From positions 192,001 through 256,000 of the forward strand of contig CAVZLN010000004.1 of assembly GCA_963776245.1 (NCBI GenBank): DNA of 64,000 nt. Direction: 5' to 3'. Positions 27,818-37,026 of this stretch are shown here, piece by piece. Positions within the stretch are counted from its first letter, which is position 1, and the number at the start of each line of letters is the position of its first letter. The notes beneath the pieces are model-generated. The model was not told where the DNA came from, ran no database searches, and was given only the letters and a program-made list of their open reading frames with translations. The position numbers and the translations under genes were made by a program. Source of the DNA: Candidatus Eiseniibacteriota bacterium. GTDB lineage: Bacteria; Eisenbacteria; RBG-16-71-46.

Positions 27818-29295
27818 GCGTCAATGGCCGTCTCCTGATCGAGCAGGGCGGACCGGGCCATCGGGGACCGTCGCTCCCGGCGTGTGACGTCCCGACCGTC
27901 CCGCTGGCCGAGCTCCTGCCGGGCGCGCGCCTGCGCGCCTCGCTGGCTTTCCCGCAGGTCACCGAGCCGGAGGTAGTGCGCCACTTCATCGAGCTGTCGG
28001 TGATGAATCACCACATCGACAAAGGGCTCTACCCGCTCGGCTCGTGCACCATGAAGCACAATCCGAAGCTCAACGACGAGATCGCCGCGCTGCCGGGCTT
28101 CGCGCTCGCCCACCCGCTGGGACCGGACGAGGCCAACCAGGGCGCGCTGCGCGTGTTGTTCGAGCTCCAGCGCGTGCTCGCCGCCATCACCGGGTTCAGC
28201 GCGGTCACCACCCAGCCGGCGGCCGGTGCGCAGGGCGAGCTGACCGGGCTCATGCTGATCCGCGCTTACCACCGTTCGCGGGGCGACGGCGAGCGGCGCA
28301 CCCGCGTGCTGGTGCCCGACTCGGCCCACGGCACCAATCCGGCGAGCGTCAGCCTGCTCGGCTGGGAGGCCGTCACCGTGCCGTCGCGCGCCGACGCGAG
28401 CGTGGACCTCGACGCCTTCGCGAAGGTGCTCGACGACCGGGTGGCGGCGATGATGATCACGGTGCCGAACACCGTCGGCCTGTTCGAGACACACATCCGC
28501 GAGCTGGTGGAGATGGCGCACCGGGCGGGCGCCCAGATGTACATGGATGGGGCCAACCTCAACGCGCTGGTCGGGCGGGTGCGGCCGGGCGATCTCGGAT
28601 TCGACGTCATGCACATCAACGTGCACAAGACGTTCTCGACGCCCCACGGGGGCGGGGGGCCCGGGGCCGGCCCGGTGGCCGTCGCGCGGCACCTCGAACC
28701 GTTCCTGCCGGTCCCGGTGGTGGAGGAGCACGGTGGTCGCCTGCGCCTGGTGCGGCAGCGGGAGCGGTCGATCGGCCGCGTGCACTCGTTCAACGGCAAT
28801 TTCGGGATCCTGGTCCGCGCGCTCGCCTACATCCTCAACAACGGTCCCGCGGGCCTGAGTGAGGTGAGCCGCGCCGCGATCCTCAACGCGAACTACCTGA
28901 TGCGACGGCTGGCGTCGACCTACGAGCTGCCGCACGACGCGCACTGCATGCACGAGTTCGTGCTCTCGGGCCGCCCGCTCAAGAAGTACGGGATCCGGAC
29001 CCTCGATGTCGCCAAGCGGCTGTTGGACTTCGGCGTGCACGCGCCCACCGTGTACTTCCCGCTCACCATCGAGGAAGCGATGATGATCGAGCCGACCGAG
29101 ACCGAGACCCTCGACCGGCTGGACCACTTCGCGGCGGCGATGGAGCAGATCGCCGCGGAGGCGGCGAATGCCCCCGAGTCGCTGCGGGGCGCCCCGCACA
29201 CCACGCCGGTCAAGCGGCTCGACGAGGGTCGCGCCGCGCGCGAGCTGGTGCTGCGCTGGTCGTCCGGGTCGCAGCCCGGCACGCATGGCCGCTGA
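27814..29295 (+). CDS. gcvPB: Glycine dehydrogenase subunit 2
   Basis: PLGSCTMK, DSAHGTNPAS, YMDGAN, PLP Lys in HKTFSTPHGGGGPG, MIEPTETE. Confidence 0.95.
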   Translation: MSVNGRLLIEQGGPGHRGPSLPACDVPTVPLAELLPGARLRASLAFPQVTEPEVVRHFIELSVMNHHIDKGLYPLGSCTMKHNPKLNDEIAALPGFALAHPLGPDEANQGALRVLFELQRVLAAITGFSAVTTQPAAGAQGELTGLMLIRAYHRSRGDGERRTRVLVPDSAHGTNPASVSLLGWEAVTVPSRADASVDLDAFAKVLDDRVAAMMITVPNTVGLFETHIRELVEMAHRAGAQMYMDGANLNALVGRVRPGDLGFDVMHINVHKTFSTPHGGGGPGAGPVAVARHLEPFLPVPVVEEHGGRLRLVRQRERSIGRVHSFNGNFGILVRALAYILNNGPAGLSEVSRAAILNANYLMRRLASTYELPHDAHCMHEFVLSGRPLKKYGIRTLDVAKRLLDFGVHAPTVYFPLTIEEAMMIEPTETETLDRLDHFAAAMEQIAAEAANAPESLRGAPHTTPVKRLDEGRAARELVLRWSSGSQPGTHGR

Positions 29296-29614
29296 CGGCC
29301 GGTCGTTCGCTCCGGAGGACATCGCACTCGTCGAGCGGGTGGCCGCGCGCATCGTCGCCCTGCGGCTCGAGGTGCCCGCCATCCTCACGCTCGAGAGCTC
29401 GCGCCCGCTGTCGCTGATCGCCGGACAATCGCTCGCCTTCTTCCAGCCCTTCGTCCAGGCGATGTTCCCGCTGCCGGACTACGAGCGTTTCGCGCGACTG
29501 CTCGAGCGGCGGGACGCGCTCGACCTGCTGGTGACGCGCATCGAGACGTTCGCCGCGGACGCGCACGCGAACCGGGACGCTGGACGGGCGCGGCGCGCGG
29601 GCCCGCGGCCCTGA
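29285..29614 (+). CDS. Small hypothetical protein coupled to gcvPB
   Basis: 109 aa, overlaps gcvPB stop; PAILTLESSRPLSLIAGQSLAFFQPFV; normal codon pattern. Confidence 0.7.
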   Translation: MAADGRSFAPEDIALVERVAARIVALRLEVPAILTLESSRPLSLIAGQSLAFFQPFVQAMFPLPDYERFARLLERRDALDLLVTRIETFAADAHANRDAGRARRAGPRP

Positions 29615-29619
29615 AGCCG

Positions 29620-31431
29620 ATGGGGACCCCCGCGGACGCGCCGCGCTCCATCCTCGCCACCGACTGTGGCTCGACCACCACGAAGGCCATCCTCATCGAG
29701 CGGCACGAGGGCGCGTACCGCCTGGTGGCGCGCGGCGAGGCGCCCACCACCGTCGAGGCGCCCTACGAGGACGTGACGCAGGGCGTGCTCAACGCGGTGC
29801 GCGAGATCGAGGAACTGGCGGGGCGTCCGCTCCTCGAGGGGGGGCGGATCCTCGCGCCGCAACGCGGCGAGTCCGGGGCGGACCTCTACCTCTCGACCTC
29901 GAGCGCTGGCGGCGGGCTGCAGATGATGGTCTCCGGGCTGGTGCTCCAGATGACGGGAGAGAGCGCGCAGCGCGCGGCGCTCGGTGCCGGCGCGATCGTC
30001 ATGGACGTGATCGCGCTGAACGATGGGCGGCGGCCGCACGAGCGCATCGAGCTGCTCCGCCACCTGCGCCCCGACATGATGCTGCTCTCGGGCGGCACGG
30101 ACGGCGGGGACGTGAGACGCGTGGTCGAGATGGCGGAGCTGATCGTCGCCGCCGACCCCCACGCGCGACTCGGCGCGGGCTACGCGCTGCCGGTGATCTA
30201 CGCCGGCAATGGAGCGGCGGCGACGACGGTCGAGGGCCTGCTCCGCCCGCGCACCGCGCTCACGGTGGTGCCCAATCTGCGGCCGGCGCTCGAGCGCGAG
30301 AACCTCCAGCCGTCGCGGGACGCCATCCACGAGCTGTTCCTGGAGCACGTGATGGCGCACGCGCCCGGCTATCCGAGGCTGATGACCTGGTCGAGCGCGC
30401 CCATCATGCCGACCCCGGCCGCGGTGGGGCTCGTGATCGCGCAGGTCGCGGCGCGGGAGCGGCTCACGGTCGTCGGGGTGGACATCGGCGGCGCGACCAC
30501 GGACGTGTTCTCGGTCTTCGGCGGGGTGTTCAACCGCACCGTCTCCGCCAACCTCGGGATGACGTACTCGATCTCCAACGTCCTCGCCGAGGCCGGGGTG
30601 GAGCAGGTGCTGCGCTGGGTCCCGCTCGAGGTGGAGCCGGACGACCTGCGCAACCGGGTCAAGAACAAGATGATCCGCCCGACCACCATCCCGCAGCGTC
30701 TCGCCGACCTGGTGCTCGAGCAGGCGGTCGCGCGCGAGGCGCTGCGGCTCGCGTTCGACCAGCATCGCGAGCTGGCGGTCGGACTCAAGGGCGTCCAGAG
30801 CGAGCGGACCATCTCCGACATCGTGGCGGCGGGCGCCGCCGGCGACTCGCTCGTGGACCTGCTCGACCTCGACCTGCTGGTGGGCTCGGGGGGCGTGCTG
30901 TCGCACGCGCCGCGCCGCGTGCAGGCCGCGCTGATGTTGATCGACGCGTTCCTGCCCGAGGGACTCACCCGGCTGGCGGTGGACAGCATCTTCATGATGC
31001 CGCAGCTGGGCGTGCTCTCGACCGTCCACGAGGAGGCCGCGACACAGGTCTTCGAGCGGGACTGCCTGGTGCGCCTCGGCGCCGTGCTCGCGCCGGTCGG
31101 CAGTGCGAGACCGGGGCAGCCGTGCGTGACGGTGGATGTCTCCGTTCCCGGGATGCCCTCGGTCACCCGGCGCGTCGCGTTCGGGGACATGCTGCGCATC
31201 CCGCTGCCGGCGACACCCGGCGTGCGCCTGCATGCCGCGCCCGAACACGGGTTCGACCTGGGCCGGGGCCGCGGGCGACCGCTGGACGCCGACCTCGAGG
31301 GCGGGGTGGTGGGGCTCATCGTGGACGCGCGCGGCCGGCGTCCGTTCGAGCTGCCGGCGGACGCGCGGGAGCGCGTCGCGCGCCTGCGCGCGTGGAACGC
31401 GGCGCTCGACGTCTACCCCGAGGGGGTCTGA
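29620..31431 (+). CDS. GlmL/MutL (glutamate mutase reactivase-like) ASKHA-fold ATPase
   Basis: ATDCGSTTTKA, TSSAGGGL, LSGGTDGG, MPTP, VDIGGATTDVFS are GlmL-family motifs. Confidence 0.8.
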   Translation: MGTPADAPRSILATDCGSTTTKAILIERHEGAYRLVARGEAPTTVEAPYEDVTQGVLNAVREIEELAGRPLLEGGRILAPQRGESGADLYLSTSSAGGGLQMMVSGLVLQMTGESAQRAALGAGAIVMDVIALNDGRRPHERIELLRHLRPDMMLLSGGTDGGDVRRVVEMAELIVAADPHARLGAGYALPVIYAGNGAAATTVEGLLRPRTALTVVPNLRPALERENLQPSRDAIHELFLEHVMAHAPGYPRLMTWSSAPIMPTPAAVGLVIAQVAARERLTVVGVDIGGATTDVFSVFGGVFNRTVSANLGMTYSISNVLAEAGVEQVLRWVPLEVEPDDLRNRVKNKMIRPTTIPQRLADLVLEQAVAREALRLAFDQHRELAVGLKGVQSERTISDIVAAGAAGDSLVDLLDLDLLVGSGGVLSHAPRRVQAALMLIDAFLPEGLTRLAVDSIFMMPQLGVLSTVHEEAATQVFERDCLVRLGAVLAPVGSARPGQPCVTVDVSVPGMPSVTRRVAFGDMLRIPLPATPGVRLHAAPEHGFDLGRGRGRPLDADLEGGVVGLIVDARGRRPFELPADARERVARLRAWNAALDVYPEGV

Positions 31432-31432
31432 G

Positions 31433-32554
31433 GTGGCCCACGCGTACACACCGGGACTCACCATCACGCCGCTCGCCGTGGTGCGGCGCGAACGGCGGCT
31501 CCCGCTCAAGGGTCAGGTGCTGGTGGCCGCGGGCGATCGTGTCGGGGCGGCCACCCGGGTGGCGCGCTGCGCGATCCCCGGCGCGGTGCAGACAGTGAAC
31601 CTCTCCGCGCGGCTGTCGGTGGAGCCGGCGCGCGCCGGGGACTGCCTGCTCGTGCCGCTGGGCGGTCCCGTCCGGGCCGGCGAGCCGGTCGCCGAGGGTC
31701 GGAGCCTGTTCGGCCTGGTGCGGACCGTCCTCACGTCCCCGTGCGACGGAAGGGTCGAGAGCCTGTCCCTCCTAACCGGGCAGTTGCTGATCCGCGAGCC
31801 CCAGGTGCCGGTGGAGATCGACGCCTACGTGCGCGGCGTCATCCAGGCCGTGCTCCCCGACGAGGGCGTGATCGTGGAGACGCGCGCGGCGCTGCTGCAG
31901 GGGATCTTCGGGGTCGGGGGGGAGACCTTCGGGCGGCTCGCCTTCGCGGTCGACCAGCCGGGCGAGGCGCTGCTACCGTTCCGGATCGGCCCGGCGCTGC
32001 GTGGCCGCGTGGTGGTGGGCGGAGCGCACGCCTCGTTCGAGGCGCTCCAGCGGGCGCGCGAGGTGGGCGTGGCCGCGGTGGTGGTGGGCGGCTTCGACGC
32101 TCGCGACCTCCGGGAACTGCTCGGGCACGACCTCGGTGTGGCCATCACCGGAGCGGAGAACCTCGGCCTCACGGTGGTGATCACGGAGGGCTTCGGGCGC
32201 ATCCCGATGGCCGCGCGGGCCTGGGACCTGCTGCGCGCGCACGACGGCCGCGAGGCCTCGGTGAGCGGTGCCACGCAGATTCGCGCGGGCGTGGTGCGAC
32301 CGGAGATCCTCATCCCGCACGAGGACGGCGCGAGCCCCGCGCCGGTGGCGCCGGTCCACGAACTGGTGAAGGGGGTCCAGGTGCGGGTCATCCGCGAGCC
32401 GTGGTTCGGACGGCTCGGCCGGGTGGTGGACCTGATCGAGGACCGCCGGCGCCTCGAGACCGAGGCACTGGTGCGCGTGGTCGAGGTGGAGTTCACCGAC
32501 GACCACACGCGGGGCATCGTGCCCCGCGCGAACGTCGAAGTGGTCTCCGGATGA
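31433..32554 (+). CDS. Hypothetical protein with barrel-sandwich-hybrid-like repeats and a C-terminal KOW-like motif
   Basis: VLVAAGDRV, VPLGGPVRAGEPVA..SPCDGRV; LVKGVQVRVIREPWFGRLGRV; 1 bp after the GlmL-like stop. Confidence 0.7.
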   Translation: MAHAYTPGLTITPLAVVRRERRLPLKGQVLVAAGDRVGAATRVARCAIPGAVQTVNLSARLSVEPARAGDCLLVPLGGPVRAGEPVAEGRSLFGLVRTVLTSPCDGRVESLSLLTGQLLIREPQVPVEIDAYVRGVIQAVLPDEGVIVETRAALLQGIFGVGGETFGRLAFAVDQPGEALLPFRIGPALRGRVVVGGAHASFEALQRAREVGVAAVVVGGFDARDLRELLGHDLGVAITGAENLGLTVVITEGFGRIPMAARAWDLLRAHDGREASVSGATQIRAGVVRPEILIPHEDGASPAPVAPVHELVKGVQVRVIREPWFGRLGRVVDLIEDRRRLETEALVRVVEVEFTDDHTRGIVPRANVEVVSG

Positions 32555-32599
32555 ACTCGGATCGGGCGGCCCGCGCGGCCGGAGCGCCGCACGAACCCA

Positions 32600-32627
32600 T
32601 TGACACCGTTCGAAGGCGAGGCATACT
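32600..32627 (+). promoter_or_regulatory. Putative internal sigma70 promoter for the membrane module
   Basis: TTGACA-16nt-CATACT in a 160-bp intergenic gap. Confidence 0.5.
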
Positions 32628-32715
32628 TTCCGGCGCATCGCCGGATGCCACGGATGCGCGGCCGGCCGATCCACCGCGCGCCGGGGTGTCGTCTCGCGGA
32701 GGCCCCTTGACGCCC

Positions 32716-33960
32716 ATGCTCGCGCGCCGCGTCCGCATCGCGAACGGTATCGCCGCGCTGGTGGCGCTGCTCCTGGGATGCGCCGCCCCGGCCTCCGCGC
32801 GCGAGGAGTTCGTGATCGTCCACGATCTCCCCCGGGCCGCCCCGACCGACAGCCTGGCGCGGGCCGCGGGAACCCTCCCACCGCCCGCGCCGGCCTCGGG
32901 CCTGACCTGGTTCGATTCGCCCAACGACGCGGGCCGTTCGGTCGAGCTGGCGTGGCGCCGCTCGCCGGACGACGACGGCTCGGGCCGCGTGACCCAGTAT
33001 CGGATCGACCGGGCGCTCGCCCCCGGGGGGCCCTGGACCACGGTGGATTCCGTGGCCCACGGCGTGACCGCGCATGCCGATGCCTCGCCGCGGCGCGACA
33101 TCGACTACTTCTACCGCATCACCGCCGAGGGCCCCGGCGGTCGCACCCCGGCGCTCAGCGTGACGGGGCCGGTCACCGCCCGGTCCGAGTGGATCAACTC
33201 GACGCGCTGGAGCGTGCTGGTCCTCACCGTGCTGTTCTTCGCGTTCGTGCTCTACTTCATCCTCCGCGCCCAGGGTGGTGCGACGCCGTTCCTGCGCCGG
33301 ATCCCCGGCATCGACGCCATCGGGGAAGCGATCGGGCGCGCCACCGAGATGGGGAGGCCGGTGCTCTTCATCCCGGGGATCAACGACATCGACGAGATCC
33401 AGACCGTCGCGGGGCTCGTCATCCTGGAGCACGTCGCGCGCATCACCGCGCGCTACGAGACCCCGCTGATCGTGCCCGTGAGCTACCCGATCCCGCACAC
33501 CCTCGCCGAGGAGATGGTGAAGTCGGGCCATGCGCACGCGGGACGGCCGGACCGGTACGACCCCGACAGCGTGCGATTCGTGTCGCCGGAGCAGTTCGCG
33601 TACGTCGCCGCGGTGACCGGCATCATGATGCGCGAGAAGCCCGCCGCGGTGCTCTACATGGGCTCGTTCTACGGCGAGTCCCTGATGCTCGCCGAGACCG
33701 GCTTCGCGACCGGCGCGATCCAGGTGGCCGCGACCGCGAACGTGCACCAGCTGCCGTTCTTCGTCGCCGCCTGCGACCACACCCTCATCGGCGAGGAACT
33801 GTTCGCCGCCAGCGCCTATCTGTCGGGCGAGCCCAAGCTGGTGGGCAGCCTTCAGGGCGCCGACCTCATGAAGATCGTCGTCGTGTCGCTGATCGTGATC
33901 GGATGCGGGCTCGAGACCGCCGGCATCCACTGGCTCACGGCGCTTCTGGTGACCCAGTAG
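32716..33960 (+). CDS. Fibronectin type III + DUF6754-like membrane protein
   Basis: Signal peptide, FN3 (DSPNDAGRSVELAW..YRIDR..YFYRITA), TM, then LRRIPGIDAIGEAIGRATEMGRPV..ESLMLAE..DHTLIGEELFAASAYLS. Confidence 0.75.
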   Translation: MLARRVRIANGIAALVALLLGCAAPASAREEFVIVHDLPRAAPTDSLARAAGTLPPPAPASGLTWFDSPNDAGRSVELAWRRSPDDDGSGRVTQYRIDRALAPGGPWTTVDSVAHGVTAHADASPRRDIDYFYRITAEGPGGRTPALSVTGPVTARSEWINSTRWSVLVLTVLFFAFVLYFILRAQGGATPFLRRIPGIDAIGEAIGRATEMGRPVLFIPGINDIDEIQTVAGLVILEHVARITARYETPLIVPVSYPIPHTLAEEMVKSGHAHAGRPDRYDPDSVRFVSPEQFAYVAAVTGIMMREKPAAVLYMGSFYGESLMLAETGFATGAIQVAATANVHQLPFFVAACDHTLIGEELFAASAYLSGEPKLVGSLQGADLMKIVVVSLIVIGCGLETAGIHWLTALLVTQ

Positions 33961-33970
33961 GAGGCCCCGG

Positions 33971-34645
33971 ATGAAACGCGAGGTCCCGCTCCTCATCACG
34001 GCCGCCATCGGGCTGTTCATGATCCTGTCGTTCTTCGTTCCGCATCACGCGGTCAGCGTGCCGGCGGACTTCCTCCAGGTGTCCGCGATCATCGTGGTCG
34101 CCTTCGGCTACGTGCTGGGGGGCGCCAATCTGCTGCGCCTCAATCTCGACGCCATCGGCAAGCGTGCCGAGGGCTGGCCCTACAAGCTGGTGCTGGTCGG
34201 CTCGCTCCTCGCGACCGTGGCCATCGGCGCGATCGAGGGGCCCGGCTTCCTCGACGCCGGCACCCGGACGCGTTGGATCTACGACCAGCTCTACACGCCG
34301 ATGTCGGCGACGCTGTTCGCCCTGCTGGCGTTCTTCGTCGCCTCGGCCGCGTTCCGCGCGTTCCGCATCCGCACGCTCGAGGCCGGGCTCCTGGCGGCGG
34401 CGGCGCTGCTGGTGATGATCGGCCGGGTGCCCATCTCCAACGCGGTGGTGAAGCCGCTGCTCGCCGGGCTTCCCGCGGGCGTCGCCCACGCGCTCGAGCC
34501 GGTGGTGGTCCAAGAGTGGATCATGGACGTGCCCCAGAACGCGGGGAAGCGCGCCATCCTCATCGGGGCGGCGTTGGGCGTGATGGCCACCGGGCTGCGC
34601 GTCATCCTCGGCATCGAGCGCTCGTATCTGAGCGGGGAGGACTGA
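33971..34645 (+). CDS. Hypothetical integral membrane protein (about 6 TM)
   Basis: Hydrophobic; ATLFALLAFFVASAAFRAFR, WIMDVPQNAGKRAILIG. Confidence 0.75.
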   Translation: MKREVPLLITAAIGLFMILSFFVPHHAVSVPADFLQVSAIIVVAFGYVLGGANLLRLNLDAIGKRAEGWPYKLVLVGSLLATVAIGAIEGPGFLDAGTRTRWIYDQLYTPMSATLFALLAFFVASAAFRAFRIRTLEAGLLAAAALLVMIGRVPISNAVVKPLLAGLPAGVAHALEPVVVQEWIMDVPQNAGKRAILIGAALGVMATGLRVILGIERSYLSGED

Positions 34646-34648
34646 GCC

Positions 34649-35479
34649 ATGGCCGGCATGGAGCGGCTGGAGCGCCTCGACCGGCGCTGGATCTTCCTCG
34701 CGATGGGACTGCTCGTGCTGCTGCCGATGCTGTTCCCGCTCAACCTGCCGCTCGAGGTGAGCCCCCAGGTGGCCCGTTACGCGCATGCGATCGATTCCCT
34801 GCCTCCCGGATCGCTCGTGCTGATGTCGTGCGATTACGACCCGAGCGGCATCCCCGAGATGGTGCCGATGACCCGCACCACGTTCCGCCACCTCCTGGCA
34901 CACGACTGCAAGGTCGTGGTGACCGTGCTCTGGCCGGGAGGATCCGGCCTCGTGGACAGCGTGCTCCAGGAGACCGCGCGGGAGTTCCCGGGCAAGCACT
35001 ACGGCGTCGACTGGGTGCACCTGGGCTACAAGGCCGGCAACGAGACGGTGATGGTGCTCATGGGACAGGGACTGGCGAGCGCCTTCCCGCGCGACCACCG
35101 GGGCAGTGACGTGCGCACGCTGCCGCTGCTCCGGCAAGCGCGCGACTACTCGTCGTTCGCGCTGATGGTGAGCCTGTCCGAGGGCTATCCCGGCACCAAG
35201 GAGTGGGTGCAGCAGGTGCAGGCGCGCTTCCACCTGCCGATGGTCGCGGGAGTGACCGCCGTGAGCGCCCCGGAGTTCTACCCCTACCTGCAGTCGGGCC
35301 AGTTGCTCGGCATGCTGGGCGGCATGGCGGGCGCCGCGGAGTACGAGCTGGTGCGCGGCGAGCGGGGCTCGGCGGCGCGCGGCATGGACGCCCAGTCGCT
35401 CGCCCACCTGTTCGTGGCCCTGTGCATCGTGCTCGGCAACGTCGTGCAGTGGACGAAGCGCAAGGAGAAGCGTCCATGA
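34649..35479 (+). CDS. Hypothetical membrane-anchored protein with alpha/beta soluble domain
   Basis: N- and C-terminal TMs; DYDPSGIPE, YGVDWVHLGYKAG, PYLQSGQLLGMLGGMAGAAEYE. Confidence 0.75.
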   Translation: MAGMERLERLDRRWIFLAMGLLVLLPMLFPLNLPLEVSPQVARYAHAIDSLPPGSLVLMSCDYDPSGIPEMVPMTRTTFRHLLAHDCKVVVTVLWPGGSGLVDSVLQETAREFPGKHYGVDWVHLGYKAGNETVMVLMGQGLASAFPRDHRGSDVRTLPLLRQARDYSSFALMVSLSEGYPGTKEWVQQVQARFHLPMVAGVTAVSAPEFYPYLQSGQLLGMLGGMAGAAEYELVRGERGSAARGMDAQSLAHLFVALCIVLGNVVQWTKRKEKRP

Positions 35480-36165
35480 CCCTGCATCCCTCCACCGACT
35501 TCGGCGTCTGGGTGGCGGCCCTGCTCACGCTCGCCGCCTTCTCGTTCCTGTGGCGCGACAATCCGCTGTACCGTTTCGCCGAGCACCTGTTCGTCGGCGT
35601 CTCGGCGGGCTACTTCATCATCCTGAACTACTGGACGGTGATCGTGCCCAACCTCATCGACCCGCTGCGGCTCGCGCTTCACGGGGACGGCGTGAACCCG
35701 GCCCGGCACGGGTTCCTGGCGGCCCAGATGGGGGACTACCGCGGCTGGCTGATCGTGCCGGGCGTGCTCGGCCTGTTGCTGTTCACGCGGCTGCTCCCGC
35801 GCATCGACTGGCTGTCCCGCTGGGCGCTGGCGGTCATCATCGGCGTGTACGCCGGCCTCAAGACCACCGGCTTCGCCCAGGGCGACTTCGTCGCCCAGGT
35901 GCAGGCCAGCCTGCAGCCGCTGTGGACCGGGAACCTCGGGACCAGTATCAGCGCCATCCTCTTCACCGTCGGCCTCGTCACCTCGCTGCTGTTCTTCTTC
36001 TTCAGCCGCGAGCAGAAGGGCGCCTTCGGCGCCGCCACGCGGCTGGGCGTGCTGTTCCTGATGGTGGGTTTCGGCGCGGGCTATGGCTACACGGTGATGT
36101 CGCGGGTCTCGCTCCTCATCGGCCGCTTCCAGTTCCTGCTCGAGGACTGGCTGGGCCTCCGCTGA
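35476..36165 (+). CDS. Hypothetical integral membrane protein (about 6 TM)
   Basis: FSFLWRDNPLYRFAEHLFVGVSAGY; LMVGFGAGYGYTVMSRVSLL; ATGA overlap with upstream gene. Confidence 0.75.
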   Translation: MTLHPSTDFGVWVAALLTLAAFSFLWRDNPLYRFAEHLFVGVSAGYFIILNYWTVIVPNLIDPLRLALHGDGVNPARHGFLAAQMGDYRGWLIVPGVLGLLLFTRLLPRIDWLSRWALAVIIGVYAGLKTTGFAQGDFVAQVQASLQPLWTGNLGTSISAILFTVGLVTSLLFFFFSREQKGAFGAATRLGVLFLMVGFGAGYGYTVMSRVSLLIGRFQFLLEDWLGLR

Positions 36166-36190
36166 GCGCGCGGGGCCGCGGCGGCGTCCG

Positions 36191-36964
36191 ATGATCCTGT
36201 GGCTCGACGGAGCGCACGACGCGCCCGCGGCGATGCGGCGCGATGCCGAACTGCTGGACGCGTTCGAGCACGGACGCGCGCCGGCCACCGAGCCGGTGCT
36301 GCGCCTCCACCGCATCGATCCGCCGGGCATCACGCTCGGCCACGCGCAGGACCCCGCGCGCGAACTCGACCTCGAACGCTGCGCCCGCGACCAGGTGCGC
36401 TGGGCGGTGCGCACGACCGGAGGGCGGGCGATCTTCCACGCCGACGACTGGACGTACTCGCTCACCGCTCCCATCGCCGATCCCGACTGGGGGGGCAGCC
36501 TGAGCGAGGCGTACGACCGCGCCTCGCGCCTGATCGCGGGGTCGTTGAGGCGCCTCGGCCTCCCGGCCGAACTGGTTCCGGCGAGCGGGCGCTCCGGGGA
36601 CCTGGCTCCGCGCGCTCCGCACGGCCCGGCCGCGCCGTGCTTCGCGTCGACCGCTCGCCACGAGATCGAGCTCGGCGGGCGCAAGCTGGTCGGCAGCGCC
36701 CAGCGTCGATTGTCGCGCGCGCTCCAGCAGCAGGGCAGCGTGCTGGTGGGGGACGGACATCTGCGCCTCATGGACTACCTGGCGCTCCCGGTCGAGGCGC
36801 GGGCGCGGGCGCGCGCGGCGCTCGCGCGGGCCTCCGCGTCGGTCCTCGGGTACCTGCCGGCGGCGCCCGCGCTCGCCGACTGGGCCGCCGCGCTGCTCGC
36901 CGAGGCCCCTCGCGGGACCCGGCTGGCGCGTGGCGACGAGGTCGTCCGAGGGTTGACCGCTTGA
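36191..36964 (+). CDS. Lipoate-protein ligase / octanoyltransferase family (LplA/LipM-like)
   Basis: MRRDAELL, VRTTGGRAIFH..TYS, CF, GRKLVGSAQRR..QQGS. Confidence 0.82.
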   Translation: MILWLDGAHDAPAAMRRDAELLDAFEHGRAPATEPVLRLHRIDPPGITLGHAQDPARELDLERCARDQVRWAVRTTGGRAIFHADDWTYSLTAPIADPDWGGSLSEAYDRASRLIAGSLRRLGLPAELVPASGRSGDLAPRAPHGPAAPCFASTARHEIELGGRKLVGSAQRRLSRALQQQGSVLVGDGHLRLMDYLALPVEARARARAALARASASVLGYLPAAPALADWAAALLAEAPRGTRLARGDEVVRGLTA

Positions 36965-36980
36965 ATCCGGAGCCTATACT
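36953..36980 (+). promoter_or_regulatory. Putative sigma70 promoter for the peptide ABC operon
   Basis: TTGACC-16nt-TATACT. Confidence 0.5.
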
Positions 36981-37026
36981 GGCGCGACTCGCGCTCACCC
37001 GGACCGGACACCGGAGAATCGCCCAC

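Noticed and set aside
29620..31431. DNA mismatch repair MutL partnering the mutS gene
   Set aside because: Name coincidence only: motifs are ASKHA/GlmL type, not the GHKL ATPase of repair MutL
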